Positions 12,781-23,543 of a DNA stretch of 64,000 bases are shown in pieces. The stretch is from Lepidodermella squamata (Eukaryota > Animalia > Gastrotricha): contig JBLDXI010000057.1 in the NCBI GenBank assembly GCA_047495785.1, positions 62,001 to 126,000 of the forward strand. Reading direction: 5' to 3'. Under the pieces are notes generated by a model, which worked only from the letters and a program-made list of their open reading frames with translations, was not told the DNA's origin and did not search any database. The translations under genes were made by a program, and so were the position numbers. Within the stretch, counting starts at the first letter, position 1. The number at the start of each line of letters is the position of its first letter.

Positions 12781-13047
12781 AATGGCAATTGGGCTCTTGT
12801 TTGAAAGTCATGCTACTATTCACGTTTATCTATCTTATCGTTGGCATTGAATGCGCCGATTAATAAGCAGCCGTAGTAATAGTGGCCGAGTGCTCATGCA
12901 ATAAAACAACATGCACTTGTAAAGCCTACATACGCCGTATATTTTATACGAGCACGAAAGCCTGGGCTTGTGCTCTGTTTTTTTCAAAATACTACGATTC
13001 ACTCTTTAAAAATTGTCAGAGGCTAATACAGAATTTGGCTTGTAACT

Positions 13048-13820
13048 ATGTCGGACGATCCTCCATCATACAGCGATGTTATAAATGCTACGAAAGCGCC
13101 TGGTAGACTACCAGCAATTAACAATGAGGACCCACATGAGCGAAGATTACTGATATTCGACCCTAACTTTGCCACAAGACTCCAAAATGGACCAACACCG
13201 TTCATCCGAGCCACGATTAGAAGACCTGAGCCGATCAATAAGCTCAACTTTCGCCATCCTATGTTTTTCTACAGATTCTCGATCATGGTAAAAGGGCCGT
13301 AGAGATAATTTCGAGGAATTTTTTAATGAATGATTTCCAGGCATTGAACTTTCCCATCGTCTTTCTCGCTTCATTGATGTTCAATCTGCAACGAACTGGG
13401 GTGTGTGGCCCTCATGCAGACTTGTGGCCACTCGTGCTGGCCGCAGCTCTTTGTCTATCGTCCATTGTTTCAACGCTTTTCATGTTCAAGTCAAGCAATC
13501 CGCTGAAATACAATGCATTGGACACCCTAACTATGTGCAATCTCGTCGCAATGGCCATCATCAATCTCGCTTATTGCTCTGAGAGGGACACATCTATCGG
13601 TAGTAATTTCATGGGAAGATGCAGTAGAAATGGCCCTGACAACTGCCGATCAATGTTAACAGCAAGCTTGGTGAGTGTCCCGTGTTTTTTCGTAGTCGAA
13701 CTTATTCTCGAATTTTTAACCCAGATTTTGTCTGTCATGTCGGCGAGTCTTCATTTGCCTGTTGGAAGTGGCGTGTTACGACTTTTCGACAGCAAAATAA
13801 CCGCTGAAACAAATCGCTAA
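13048..13820 (+). CDS. PPxY/4TM family gene L9 (exons 13048-13287, 13341-13670, 13725-13820)
   Basis: MSDDPPSY; the family's second intron is absent (YNAL-DTL is contiguous); HLPVGS. Confidence 0.85.
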
Positions 13821-14019
13821 TTGTTTGAATCTGAATCTTCTTCCGCTTTTATACGGAGAGTAAATTGATATTAAATGGCTTGACAATCAGATGTCCTCAA
13901 TTATTGCGTGAAATAGAGATGTAACTCAAGACTCATCAAACACATGTAGTCTCGCCCTAATGGCAGCAATAATGTTGGCCTGCGGTTTCACACCCAGATA
14001 AAACAGAAAACTATGTAGT

Positions 14020-14672
14020 ATGGCGCAATCAAGAGGTATGGCGCAAGTGCGATCCAGCAATATCAATGATTATGAAGATGGTCAGCATGGGAACAAGATT
14101 TCATGGTTCAGCAGACACAGACTTGAATGTCTCTCAATGGAAGAAAGTACTTGGGACAGCAAATGTTTCTTTATCCGGCTTTTTCTCCTGGTAAGATTCT
14201 TTCATCCTAGATCATAGCCCATGGACTAATATGAAATGGTTTCAAGATGGGAGATTCCCTCGTTGTTACCCTGGCAGTAGCCGAATTCGTTCTGCAATGG
14301 GTCAAGCGTTGCGGTGAGGAAGTTGATCTATTGCCTTTAATTTTCTCGGCAGTCCTCAGTGTTTTCATTCTATACTCTGGAATTTGTTTATCTCGATCGG
14401 ACGGCATAGCAATCACGATTTCAGTTTACGTTTTACTCATCATCGTGATCTCTAACAAATGAATTTACTTATAGGATGTTGCCCGAGGCGTCGTAGTAGC
14501 TCTCATCGCTGCTCTCCACGTGGTGACTTGCGGCTCTACAGAAGTACAGTGTGAAGCTAATGGCGATGGCTACTGCAAAACACTGCTTTCGTCCAGCTTA
14601 TTCACCGCAATTTTTGTTGCCATCGTACATTGCCCGGTTTGTATTCTCGGATGTAATGTTCGGAATCGTTGA
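14020..14672 (+). CDS. 4TM family gene L10, lacks PPxY, chimeric C-terminus (exons 14020-14190, 14247-14423, 14475-14672)
   Basis: Four hydrophobic segments; HCPV is followed by CILGCNVRNR* encoded by the duplicated DUF4419 flank. Confidence 0.7.
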
Positions 14673-14812
14673 AAAAATTGAAATAAAACTTCCTGCAGAA
14701 TCATGTTTATTGAGACGAAAATTATAGCATCAGCCAATCTCAAAGAAAATCAAGTAGATATATCACCGGAGTTTGATTGCAAGAAAGGTTCTGATGTATT
14801 AAAATATTCGCG

Positions 14813-15802
14813 TTACTTCTTCTCGATAAAAATTGCCCGCGAGAAATCCGGGACCAGAAAATCTCTTTTGTCAAGCCTGGATGAGAATAGCCCGTGATGA
14901 ACAACGTAGTGGTCCTCCAACTCACCGCCAGCTCCAATGACGTGCCATTCAACGCTTGTGATCTGACCCCTTAGATCATACGGCGAACAGCGTTGTTGCC
15001 GATTGCACAGCTCAATCAACCAGCCAACGTACTGCGGATGCCCAGAGCCACAATGGATATCCTTGAACATGCCTGTCCAGAAATCAGAATCGAGTTCGCC
15101 TGATTTTACCTGACCGAGGATGATTCGGCATAGCTCATTGCAACGAGCAATGTAGCTCTTCATGCTAGCGTCAGGTAAGAGCTTTTCCCATTCTGTTAGG
15201 GAAGTTTCGATACTGCTCCAATCTTGCTCATTACCCTCTAGCCGGACTTTCTTGAGACCGCATCGAGTCGTAAAGTAATCGTAATAAGGCGAAGCTGCCT
15301 CGGCAAAAGCCGCATATCTCGCCTCCCGTGCCATGGCGGAATCAGTCGAGAAATTCGGTAGCAGCTTTTCGACATTGGCCGGAACAAGCTTCTTAAGCGC
15401 CTCAATAACTCGCTCGAATTCAATGCACTTCGTGACGTCCTGGACTATGATGATTTTCTGCTTGTCAGGTTTAGTCGTGAAAATTTCGCGGCATTTTTCG
15501 GCATTTTTGACGACATACTGCGCGATTTCGGTGTAAACGCAGAAGTAGAACATGTCCGGCCTGAAAATGATTCCGGCGTGAGTAGCCCAGCATCGTTCGA
15601 TGTAAGAAGCCAGATTGTCGTGGTAGAGGTCAGCGTCTGCCGGGATAAGGTTTTCGTACAGCTTCCACTTGGCTCGACCTGTTTTGCCATGGAGGCTCTC
15701 GATGTGGTTCATCAACTCATCTTTCGCGCGCGTTGATTTACCTCCTTTAAGCCTGGTTAGGGCCTTGTCATCAAGCTGTGAGTTCAGCACAATTTCCAGC
15801 AT
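14813..15802 (-). CDS. DUF4419-family protein, intronless, copy 1
   Basis: Motifs H..I...PD, NAE..R..F, FST, YY.Y....CG...V.LEG...DW, FW, GSG....GW match DUF4419 as I recall the family. Confidence 0.8.
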   Translation of the reverse strand: MLEIVLNSQLDDKALTRLKGGKSTRAKDELMNHIESLHGKTGRAKWKLYENLIPADADLYHDNLASYIERCWATHAGIIFRPDMFYFCVYTEIAQYVVKNAEKCREIFTTKPDKQKIIIVQDVTKCIEFERVIEALKKLVPANVEKLLPNFSTDSAMAREARYAAFAEAASPYYDYFTTRCGLKKVRLEGNEQDWSSIETSLTEWEKLLPDASMKSYIARCNELCRIILGQVKSGELDSDFWTGMFKDIHCGSGHPQYVGWLIELCNRQQRCSPYDLRGQITSVEWHVIGAGGELEDHYVVHHGLFSSRLDKRDFLVPDFSRAIFIEKK

Positions 15803-15889
15803 GGCGGTAAAAATATTATAGAGAAATATACTTAAGCTATCGTACTAATGCTGTTTTTTATCAGCTTTTAAACGCGAGTTGTATGCTCA

Positions 15890-15910
15890 GCGATGAATCA
15901 TCGCCACGTG
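15890..15910. promoter_or_regulatory. Palindrome GCGATGAATCATCGC plus E-box CACGTG upstream of DUF4419 copy 1
   Basis: 7-1-7 inverted repeat about 90 nt upstream of the ATG; identical in copy 2 at 23441-23461 while flanking bases differ. Confidence 0.45.
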
Positions 15911-16699
15911 TGAATAAATAGCGCTGGCCAATAAGATTGATGAATAATAAATCAGGACAAAAAACTGCTATGCGGAATTTATTCAATCACATTTTTTTCA
16001 TACCAAAATCGGATATTTCGTCGAAAAGTGGAAAATCAACAAAAAAACGGATAAGGCTACATTTTATTTTTCTACTTTTCGGCCACCGGCAAGAAGTTTT
16101 GCCCACTTGTGTATAATTGTAATTGCGATAATAAATTTCCGCAATTTCGAATCTATTGAAAGCGTCGTTGAAAACACACTTCAACTCGTTTGTTTAGCGA
16201 TATGTTCGCATGTTGACCGTCCTGATTCTTGATTATGGCTAAGTAAACAAGTTTCGTGTGCGGAGAGAATCGTGAGATTTCAATCCGTATTAATGTCCAT
16301 GCAATTAGAAATTAAAGAAGGCGAAACTAAATGTGTTCTAAATCTTATTATACGTCTTATGGCTGTTGACTGTTATCTTTATCAAATATTAATTAGCCAT
16401 GGCTGGTGAGGTTAACTCGCGCAATGCGGCTCACACTTGATGGCCCAGTAAGTTAATGTTCACCGCGCGGCGGCTATTATACACGCACGAGTTCATAGCC
16501 GCTGTAGTGTGTAATGACTACTACGATCGCGTCGCCATTAACCTGTTTGCTCAAGACGCAGCGCGCGGTGCCTCTTGATGCGAAAAGGTAACGCTCGTTA
16601 GACGCTGAATACGCGACTACGTCAGAAAAGTTACGCTGACCACACGCATTACTATATACTTATATGTAGCCGGAATCTGGCAAATGAGTACATCGCGTA

Positions 16700-18007
16700 A
16701 TGCGGATAATGCTGCTTTTCGCAACGATAGTCCTCGTTTTCATTGAGTCAACTGCATCCACCTCAAATTTCACTGATTATTGCGATTTCTGCGAAAAGCA
16801 AGAATCGGCTTCCGATTATTTCCAACAAGCAGCAGGAATTTACAGGGATGATGCTGAAACCGCTATAGCTTTGCTACGAAAAGCTCTGGAAATCTACACT
16901 GCAAACAGGAAAGATCCGCGATATAGACAAACATTGCTGCCAGAAATTTTGAATGGGTTGCAATATACTCATTTTATTTTGAAAAATTACGAAGAATCTC
17001 TTGAGGCTGTTGAAATCGCCCTGCAGCAGCCTGAAATCACGAATGATCTCTATTGGGCGCAACATTTCATCGATCGAAAGCGGCTAATTCGGCAAGAAGC
17101 GATCCTCCACTACTTCTCAGTAATTCCATTGAGTCCATACCTGATTTATAATTGGTTTTCATCCGGCTATAGGAACTTGGCACGCATCAAAATTTGACTG
17201 AGGCCACTCTGATCGAGAAAGCCGAGCAGTTGGAAGATACTTCACTGTACCAACTATGTAAGCAATCAGTTGCTGATAAATTCAATGTTGTTTCATCTCT
17301 GACTTGTCGATTCGATACGCGTGGGAATCATCCTCTTTTCATTCTCTCACCGTTGAAAGAAGAAACTCTCAATATCGACCCGGTGTTAGTGATGATTCAC
17401 GATCTCGTGCTGCCGAAAGAGCAGCAAACATTAATTTCACTATCTCGGCTCAATTTAGAACCAGCAGCGACTCTTGTCCATGAAAACCGCTCGACAAAGG
17501 TGTCGTACAATGATCGGCATTCAGATGTTGCATGGCTACGGTCGAATCATGTCACTGGTTTGACGAACCGAATTCAAGCTGCCGTTCAGATGAATATCGA
17601 AGATGACAACGGAAGTGAGCTATACCAGGTAATATTTGTCCAAGTTAATCCGGTAAATAGTAATGAAAGTTGTTTAGGTTAGTCACTACGGCATTGGTGG
17701 CCATTTCGCTCCTCATCCCGACTACATGGAAGTCTCAGCTGAGCCTCATCTCGGTGACAGGATTGCCACTCTTCTCCTTTATTTGAATGATGTCGAGCAA
17801 GGAGGAGCAACTATTTTTACGTGGTTAAATCTGCGGGTTGAACCTGAGAAAGGCTCGGGCGTTTTCTGGTTCAATATGAACGCCAATGAAACCGGCGATG
17901 TGCGAACTTACCATGCTGGCTGTCCTGTGATACGAGGCGAAAAATGGGTGGCTAACAAATGGTTCCGTTACAGGGCGCAATTTCTTCACAAACCCTGCGC
18001 CAGATAA
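16700..18007 (+). CDS. P4HA: Prolyl 4-hydroxylase alpha-like (exons 16700-17119, 17173-17628, 17678-18007)
   Basis: Signal peptide; TPR-like region; YGIGGHFAPHPD, RIATLLLYLNDVEQGGAT, HAGCPV, KWVANKW catalytic motifs intact. Confidence 0.9.
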
Positions 18008-18129
18008 CTCGCTCCAAAGTGGCAAAATTCTGGGATCTCATTTTATTTTCATTTAACTCAGATATGAAGAAGTAAAACGATCAATTAGATTGACTATCTG
18101 TTGTTTGAATTTTCGGCCAATGTGAGGTA

Positions 18130-20445
18130 TTATGATGAAATGGCTAAACGCATGTGAGGCAACAAAATGTGCAATACAACCGACAGACTGGAGCCGAACG
18201 AATAGAGCAGAAGCCCAGAAGATGCGATTCCGATTTCGAAATCTCGCCATCCAGCCTCGTCGGGTATGATAAGAATTGAAATTATACACAAAAACATGAT
18301 TGATGCCAAAAAAATATTCGTCACCATAAAGTTGATGGCTTTGATTTTCAATCGGGAATTTCTCGCGGGGAACTTTCTCGTCGTTAAAGCTTTAACAAGT
18401 CCAAGAGCATGTGCAGCTGCGACGACTGCCGTATACATCGGATAGAATATCTCAGCCTGCGGGGCGTTGCACCAATGGATTTCCACCTCAAAGTAGAGAT
18501 CGTTCAGCTCCTCGTACGAGACTTGGGAAGTCGTTTTTCCAACGGTGGCAGGACCGAACAATTTGAACCAAACAAAAAGTGAAATAGTGGTCGCTACAAG
18601 AGTTATTGTTGGTGAAATTACAACCCGGGTTTCGTCGTTGAAAAACCAAGCCTTTTTAAACTTTCGCCTGGGTTTGCTTCGCCTTAACTTTAATTTCTTT
18701 GAGTCAAATGTAACACGTCGGCTTGCTCTATTCTGGGCTTGAATCGATAGCCTCTCAGTGCGCAATTTTCGGCCTACTGAAAACAGCCGAGGCAACACGA
18801 CGCTCAACACCAGGAAGATTCCATAAATCATGAAAATTAAGGCACACGTGCACGATTCCGATGATACTGGACTAACCAGGGATATAGCTGCAGCGGGGCA
18901 GAGAGCCGAACCAAATAATAGTAAGAGGTCGGAACGTCTGTTAGTATTAGTTGATTTTTGCTTGGCTAAGATTAGGCCAAAGTTGAAGTTCAAAATGATC
19001 AAAATTGATGCCAGAGAAGTGAATATCCATCGCGCGACATCGGGAAAATGTCGAAGGAAAATATGAATTTCCGACATATCTTTAGGTGGCTTGCCATGCT
19101 TGTTGTACCAATTAGGCTCGGCGATAGTAATAATGTCATATGATGAAACGTTGATGTTCTCTAAACTCGGGCTATTCAGGGGTGATCTGAGAACAACTCG
19201 ATACAGCGAGTTCAGCTTCGAGTTGAAGTGTTGCGAGATAACCATGTCTTCGTTGTCTATCTCGAGAAATTGTGAGTATTTTAGCCTGCCAACACGAATG
19301 CCGATGATATCTGATGCTGCAACGCTTGAATTAACAACTCTTCCAACAAGCTGTGGATACCGAGAATAATCAGCAAGAGTTTTGTTAAACATCTGTTTGA
19401 GAACTACGTTGCTTCTATCAAGAGCAAGGATGGCCATCATCATTGCGTCATGGCAAAAGTGTCTCAGTGGATACTCTGAAGACCTTGAATAGTTTGTCAT
19501 TCGATCAAGGGCTACCTCAAACTCAGTTAAATTGTAACCAAACGCACTTGGACCAAAATCCTTCACAGCTTCATTCGCAATTCCGTGGAAAAACGCCAGC
19601 TTCATTTGCTCGATGATGGTTTCACGCGTGCATCCGGATGGTAGGTCATCGAGACTGCTAGGGTCGATATATGCCAACTGGTAAATGATGGAAACATATT
19701 GAGGTGCCCTGATGCCAGCTTTGTGGGCCGCACACAAGAAACTGCGGATCAATATGCTCTGAGAGAACTGAAAATTCAAGATTCGACTGTTTGTCGATTT
19801 GATCGATTCAAAGACTGAAGGATCAATTTCATCTTGGACTGCTGTGAAGAGCGACACATTCAAGCCATTCGCGGTTAAAAGTTTGAACAGAAAATTTGCG
19901 TTCACGTATGATTGTGGATTTCCGGTGTAGTATATTACGGCGACACGTTTCCATTTCCCGATTCGACTCATGAATAAATATTGACTAATAGTGCTGTAAT
20001 CGGCTGCCATCCTAACTCGATAGAGGTTTGGATATAGGCCGCGGTTCGCTGTGAAAGAGCTACCGCCGCAACCTGTTGATATCTGTGGAATTTCCATTTG
20101 GCGTGCTATTCCAGCTCCATTCTGACAAGCTACGGAGGGACCGATTATGATTGGAGCAAGGAGTTTCCCTCCGACTTGGATGCGATCGGTTGTGCGAATC
20201 GAACTGATTGGAAAATACATGCCGTTCTTACCTTCATCAGTGTACTCAGGGCTCAATTCAAAATCTGGGAGAACATCTGCGCGCGAATAGGCGGCATCTA
20301 CAACGATCTGCATGGCTGCCTGGCATTCCGAGTTTCGCTGCGATCCAGGCGTTAAGGCTACTAAATATAGCTTTCCGGCCTTCGATCCTGCTTGTACGGC
20401 GACAAGGAAATAGCAGACTGTGAAGGTGAATGCATTCAGTAGCAT
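18130..20445 (-). CDS. Class C GPCR, GABA-B-like (Venus flytrap + 7TM), intronless, G1
   Basis: Signal peptide; IIGP and YPNLYRV VFT motifs; no Cys-rich domain; 7 hydrophobic segments; TM3 and ECL2 cysteines. Confidence 0.85.
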   Translation of the reverse strand: MLLNAFTFTVCYFLVAVQAGSKAGKLYLVALTPGSQRNSECQAAMQIVVDAAYSRADVLPDFELSPEYTDEGKNGMYFPISSIRTTDRIQVGGKLLAPIIIGPSVACQNGAGIARQMEIPQISTGCGGSSFTANRGLYPNLYRVRMAADYSTISQYLFMSRIGKWKRVAVIYYTGNPQSYVNANFLFKLLTANGLNVSLFTAVQDEIDPSVFESIKSTNSRILNFQFSQSILIRSFLCAAHKAGIRAPQYVSIIYQLAYIDPSSLDDLPSGCTRETIIEQMKLAFFHGIANEAVKDFGPSAFGYNLTEFEVALDRMTNYSRSSEYPLRHFCHDAMMMAILALDRSNVVLKQMFNKTLADYSRYPQLVGRVVNSSVAASDIIGIRVGRLKYSQFLEIDNEDMVISQHFNSKLNSLYRVVLRSPLNSPSLENINVSSYDIITIAEPNWYNKHGKPPKDMSEIHIFLRHFPDVARWIFTSLASILIILNFNFGLILAKQKSTNTNRRSDLLLLFGSALCPAAAISLVSPVSSESCTCALIFMIYGIFLVLSVVLPRLFSVGRKLRTERLSIQAQNRASRRVTFDSKKLKLRRSKPRRKFKKAWFFNDETRVVISPTITLVATTISLFVWFKLFGPATVGKTTSQVSYEELNDLYFEVEIHWCNAPQAEIFYPMYTAVVAAAHALGLVKALTTRKFPARNSRLKIKAINFMVTNIFLASIMFLCIISILIIPDEAGWRDFEIGIASSGLLLYSFGSSLSVVLHILLPHMRLAISS

Positions 20446-20879
20446 TGCAGAAAACTTAACTTTTAAATAGAGTTAAGGTGCCAAGTAGCTGAGTAAACTA
20501 TTACGCAGAATCCAGCACGGGCAATCACCGACAAGATTCAATTAGACAAATTTCGCCGTAACGTTACGTAGACATGTTTTTCTGCGCTTTATTACCCTCA
20601 ACTTTCATATCGGCATGAGCTCAATGCTCATTGGCATCGTTTCGCAACGCCCTATCCCCAGTAAGATGGAGAGCACTCGCAATCCCTTTACTCTTATGAT
20701 ATATGCTGAGGATTCTGAGAACTTGAACTGTAGCGTCGGCTAATTCAGCAGACATATCGCTAGCCGTTATTGTCGCTGAGCAATTCGGATTATGAGCTTG
20801 TTTACATCAATTTCAAGGTAATCTAACACGATTCCATACATATAACGCGCCAGCAGATAATTGCATTAGTGAAAGCTCA

Positions 20880-21171
20880 TAGACATCTTTCTCCAGTATT
20901 GCAACAAAAGTTTATTCAGCACTTGAATTCAAAACAGTGCCTTGCAATTATAATGAAGATCAGAGCTCGGTCAGCGTAGACATCTTTCTCCAGTATTGCA
21001 ACAAAAGTTTATTCAGCACTTGAATTCAAAACAGTGCCTTGCAATTATAATGAAGATCAGAGCTCGGTCAGCGTAGACATCTTTCTCCAGTATTGCAACA
21101 AAAGTTTATTCAGCACTTGAATTCAAAACAGTGCCTTGCAATTATAATGAAGATCAGAGCTCGGTCAGCGT
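20880..21171. repeat. Perfect 97-bp tandem repeat x3
   Basis: Unit TAGACATCTTTCTCCAG...GCTCGGTCAGCG starts at 20880, 20977 and 21074. Confidence 0.95.
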
Positions 21172-21397
21172 TAGCCCAGAAACCGCATCACGCTACAGAC
21201 GGCTTATCTTGCGATATTGAAAGCAAGAAGATAGGACTGCGATTGAGGTAAACATCTATTTTATTTACTCAGACATGACGAAGTAAAGCGATAGCCAAAT
21301 AAACGCGAACGGAGGAAGTTGTTTGTTTACAATTTTTTATTAATCAGCAGGTTATAATTGGTAAGACCGGGGCGCACAAGCACGTCTGAACGGAAGT

Positions 21398-21877
21398 TCA
21401 ACCTTGAGTAAGTTCAAGCGACAAATCAATGATCACAGGTCTGCGAGTGAACAAAATGTGCGAAACCGCTGACAAGCTGCAGCCCAACGAGTAGAGCAAC
21501 AGTCCGGATGTTACTCTTCCGGTTTCGAAATCTCGCCATCCAGCCTTGTCGGGTATGATGAGCAGGGAAATTACGCATAAGAATATTATTGATGCCAGAA
21601 AAATATTAGCGACAATCGTTATTATAGACTTCATCCTTAGTTGCTGGTTTCTCATCGGGAATTTCCTCAAAGCCAGGGCTTTAACAAACCCAAGAGCATG
21701 TGCAGCTGCGACTACAGCCTTATACATCGGATAGAATATCTCAGCCTGCAGAGCTTTGCACCAGTGGGTTGTCACCTCGAAGTAGGAATCGCCCATTTCA
21801 TCGTAGGAAATCGGCGTAACGGTTTTTCCAAGGGTTGCTGGACCGAACAGTTTGAACCAAAGAAGTAGTAGCAGCAT
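21398..21877 (-). pseudogene. Class C GPCR fragment (end of TM4 to TM7), G1-like
   Basis: WFKLFGPAT...HWC..QAEIFYPMY...IIPDKAGWRDFE; no upstream continuation. Confidence 0.85.
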
Positions 21878-22223
21878 TCAGTGGCATTACTGAATTAATT
21901 CTTAAGTCAAATCTGAATAAAAAGCCCTGGTAAATTGCGACAATCCTTCAAGATGCAGCATGACCTATCTTCGGCATAAAACAAGCGGACACATTTCGAC
22001 GCAACGTTATTGCGTACGTGCGTGTTTTTCTGCGTCTTTTATCCTAAAAGTTCGCACCTAAGAAACTTTGAAAAAAAGCTAAGTCGTATCGTTTCGACCC
22101 CACAGAGGTCATAATCCGGCAATCACTAATAAGTCCGAGAACGTTTACGCAGAAGGCTATACACCGGCAGAGCTTCTTTATGTGGAAGGATTTGTCCGAA
22201 GTTCCGAGGTTTGAAGGGGAAGC

Positions 22224-22523
22224 TCCTGAAACTTCGCTGACCAACGAAATGACAGCTGCTAAGCACTAAGCATGAAGTACTATGTACCTAATGCGATTGT
22301 AATATTGCCTGAGAAACTATGCTTGGCATGCTTTTTCTACCGAATCAAAATTATTGCAACAGCAAGATTGATCACAGCTAATAATTAAGCAAATCTTATG
22401 TAGCACCACTTTGTATCATCTGGGATTTCTCATAGAATTTGAAATTTCCGACAGTCTTTCATGGCTATATCATACCACTTAGGTTCGATAAATTTTAGAA
22501 TTACGTAAGACAGTATGTTGATA
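22224..22523 (-). pseudogene. Degraded class C GPCR fragment (stalk to TM2), G2/G3-like
   Basis: Nucleotide similarity with indels to about 44535-44835. Confidence 0.7.
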
Positions 22524-23364
22524 CAGTGCTCCCTCGTTAGTGGCACCCTCCTTAAAAGAACTCCCTCGTTAGTAGACCGTAATTTTCGAATGAAAATCAG
22601 ATCGCGCCTGAGAAGATACAAATTTATTCTATTCAATCTAAACATCCTCTTGTTCCCTTTTCCCTCTTGACCCACACTTGAACCACACGTCTTATGCCTT
22701 GAAATCGGTCCGTGATTGCTCAATGCCATTCGATGAATTTAAAAAAAGAAAAATACATTATTCATCACAATTGTTTCACATTTTATATTATTTAAAAAAA
22801 ATAAAAATCCAACGAATTTTAGGCGAAGCATGAGTTCTGGATTGAACACTGCAGCTTGAGAATGTTTGGCTGAATTTGTTGGTGATTTATTCAGAAGTAT
22901 TCTGGTCAAACTTGATTGGTGATTGATTCAAAAGGTGATTGATTTTTTAAGCTGCTATTTCAAATGAAATTTTTTTGCGAAATCGGACGAGCTGGGCATT
23001 TTTGGAGTAAATTGAAATAATGAGATTCCAGGTTTTTTTTATGCTGAGTTCGTTAACCCCAGGCAGGAATTGAAATCAGAGTAAAAAACAAGGCCAACCA
23101 GTCAAATCAAAGCCGCCCTGGCAAATAAGAATAAAAACTTAGCGACGAACTTATAATTCATAGTGTTACTGTTTCACAGCCTTCAGCGAGCGAAATTTGT
23201 AATCCGTGTCCGTCTCTTTCTGCGTGTTGGCATGCCAACTGTCTTAAGTCGTAGAAACGGTCTATTTTTAGCTTCTGCATTCAATTATAGCCCTCGTTAT
23301 AGCTTTACCTTGTTTAGAGACCGGGTCTGGCTCCCGACCCAGTGCTTTTATCGAGGGAGTAGTT
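22524..23364. mobile_element. Possible degenerate pogo/Tc1-type MITE
   Basis: Left end TA|CAGTGCTCCCTCGTTAG with an internal CTCCCTCGTTAGT repeat; only an imperfect inverted match at 23341-23364. Confidence 0.3.
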
Positions 23365-23543
23365 CAATAAATTGACGCAAAGCAGTATGCTCTGCAGATT
23401 TATTATTCATCAATTTTATTGACCAGCGTTTTTTTATTCACACGTGGCGATGATTCATCGCTACTCACACAACTCGCGTATAAAAGCCGATAAAAACAGC
23501 ATTAGTACTACAGCGTATATTTCTCTATAATATTTTTACCGCC

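Noticed and set aside
20880-21171. CRISPR-like array
   Set aside because: Contiguous identical units without spacers, no cas genes, eukaryotic context
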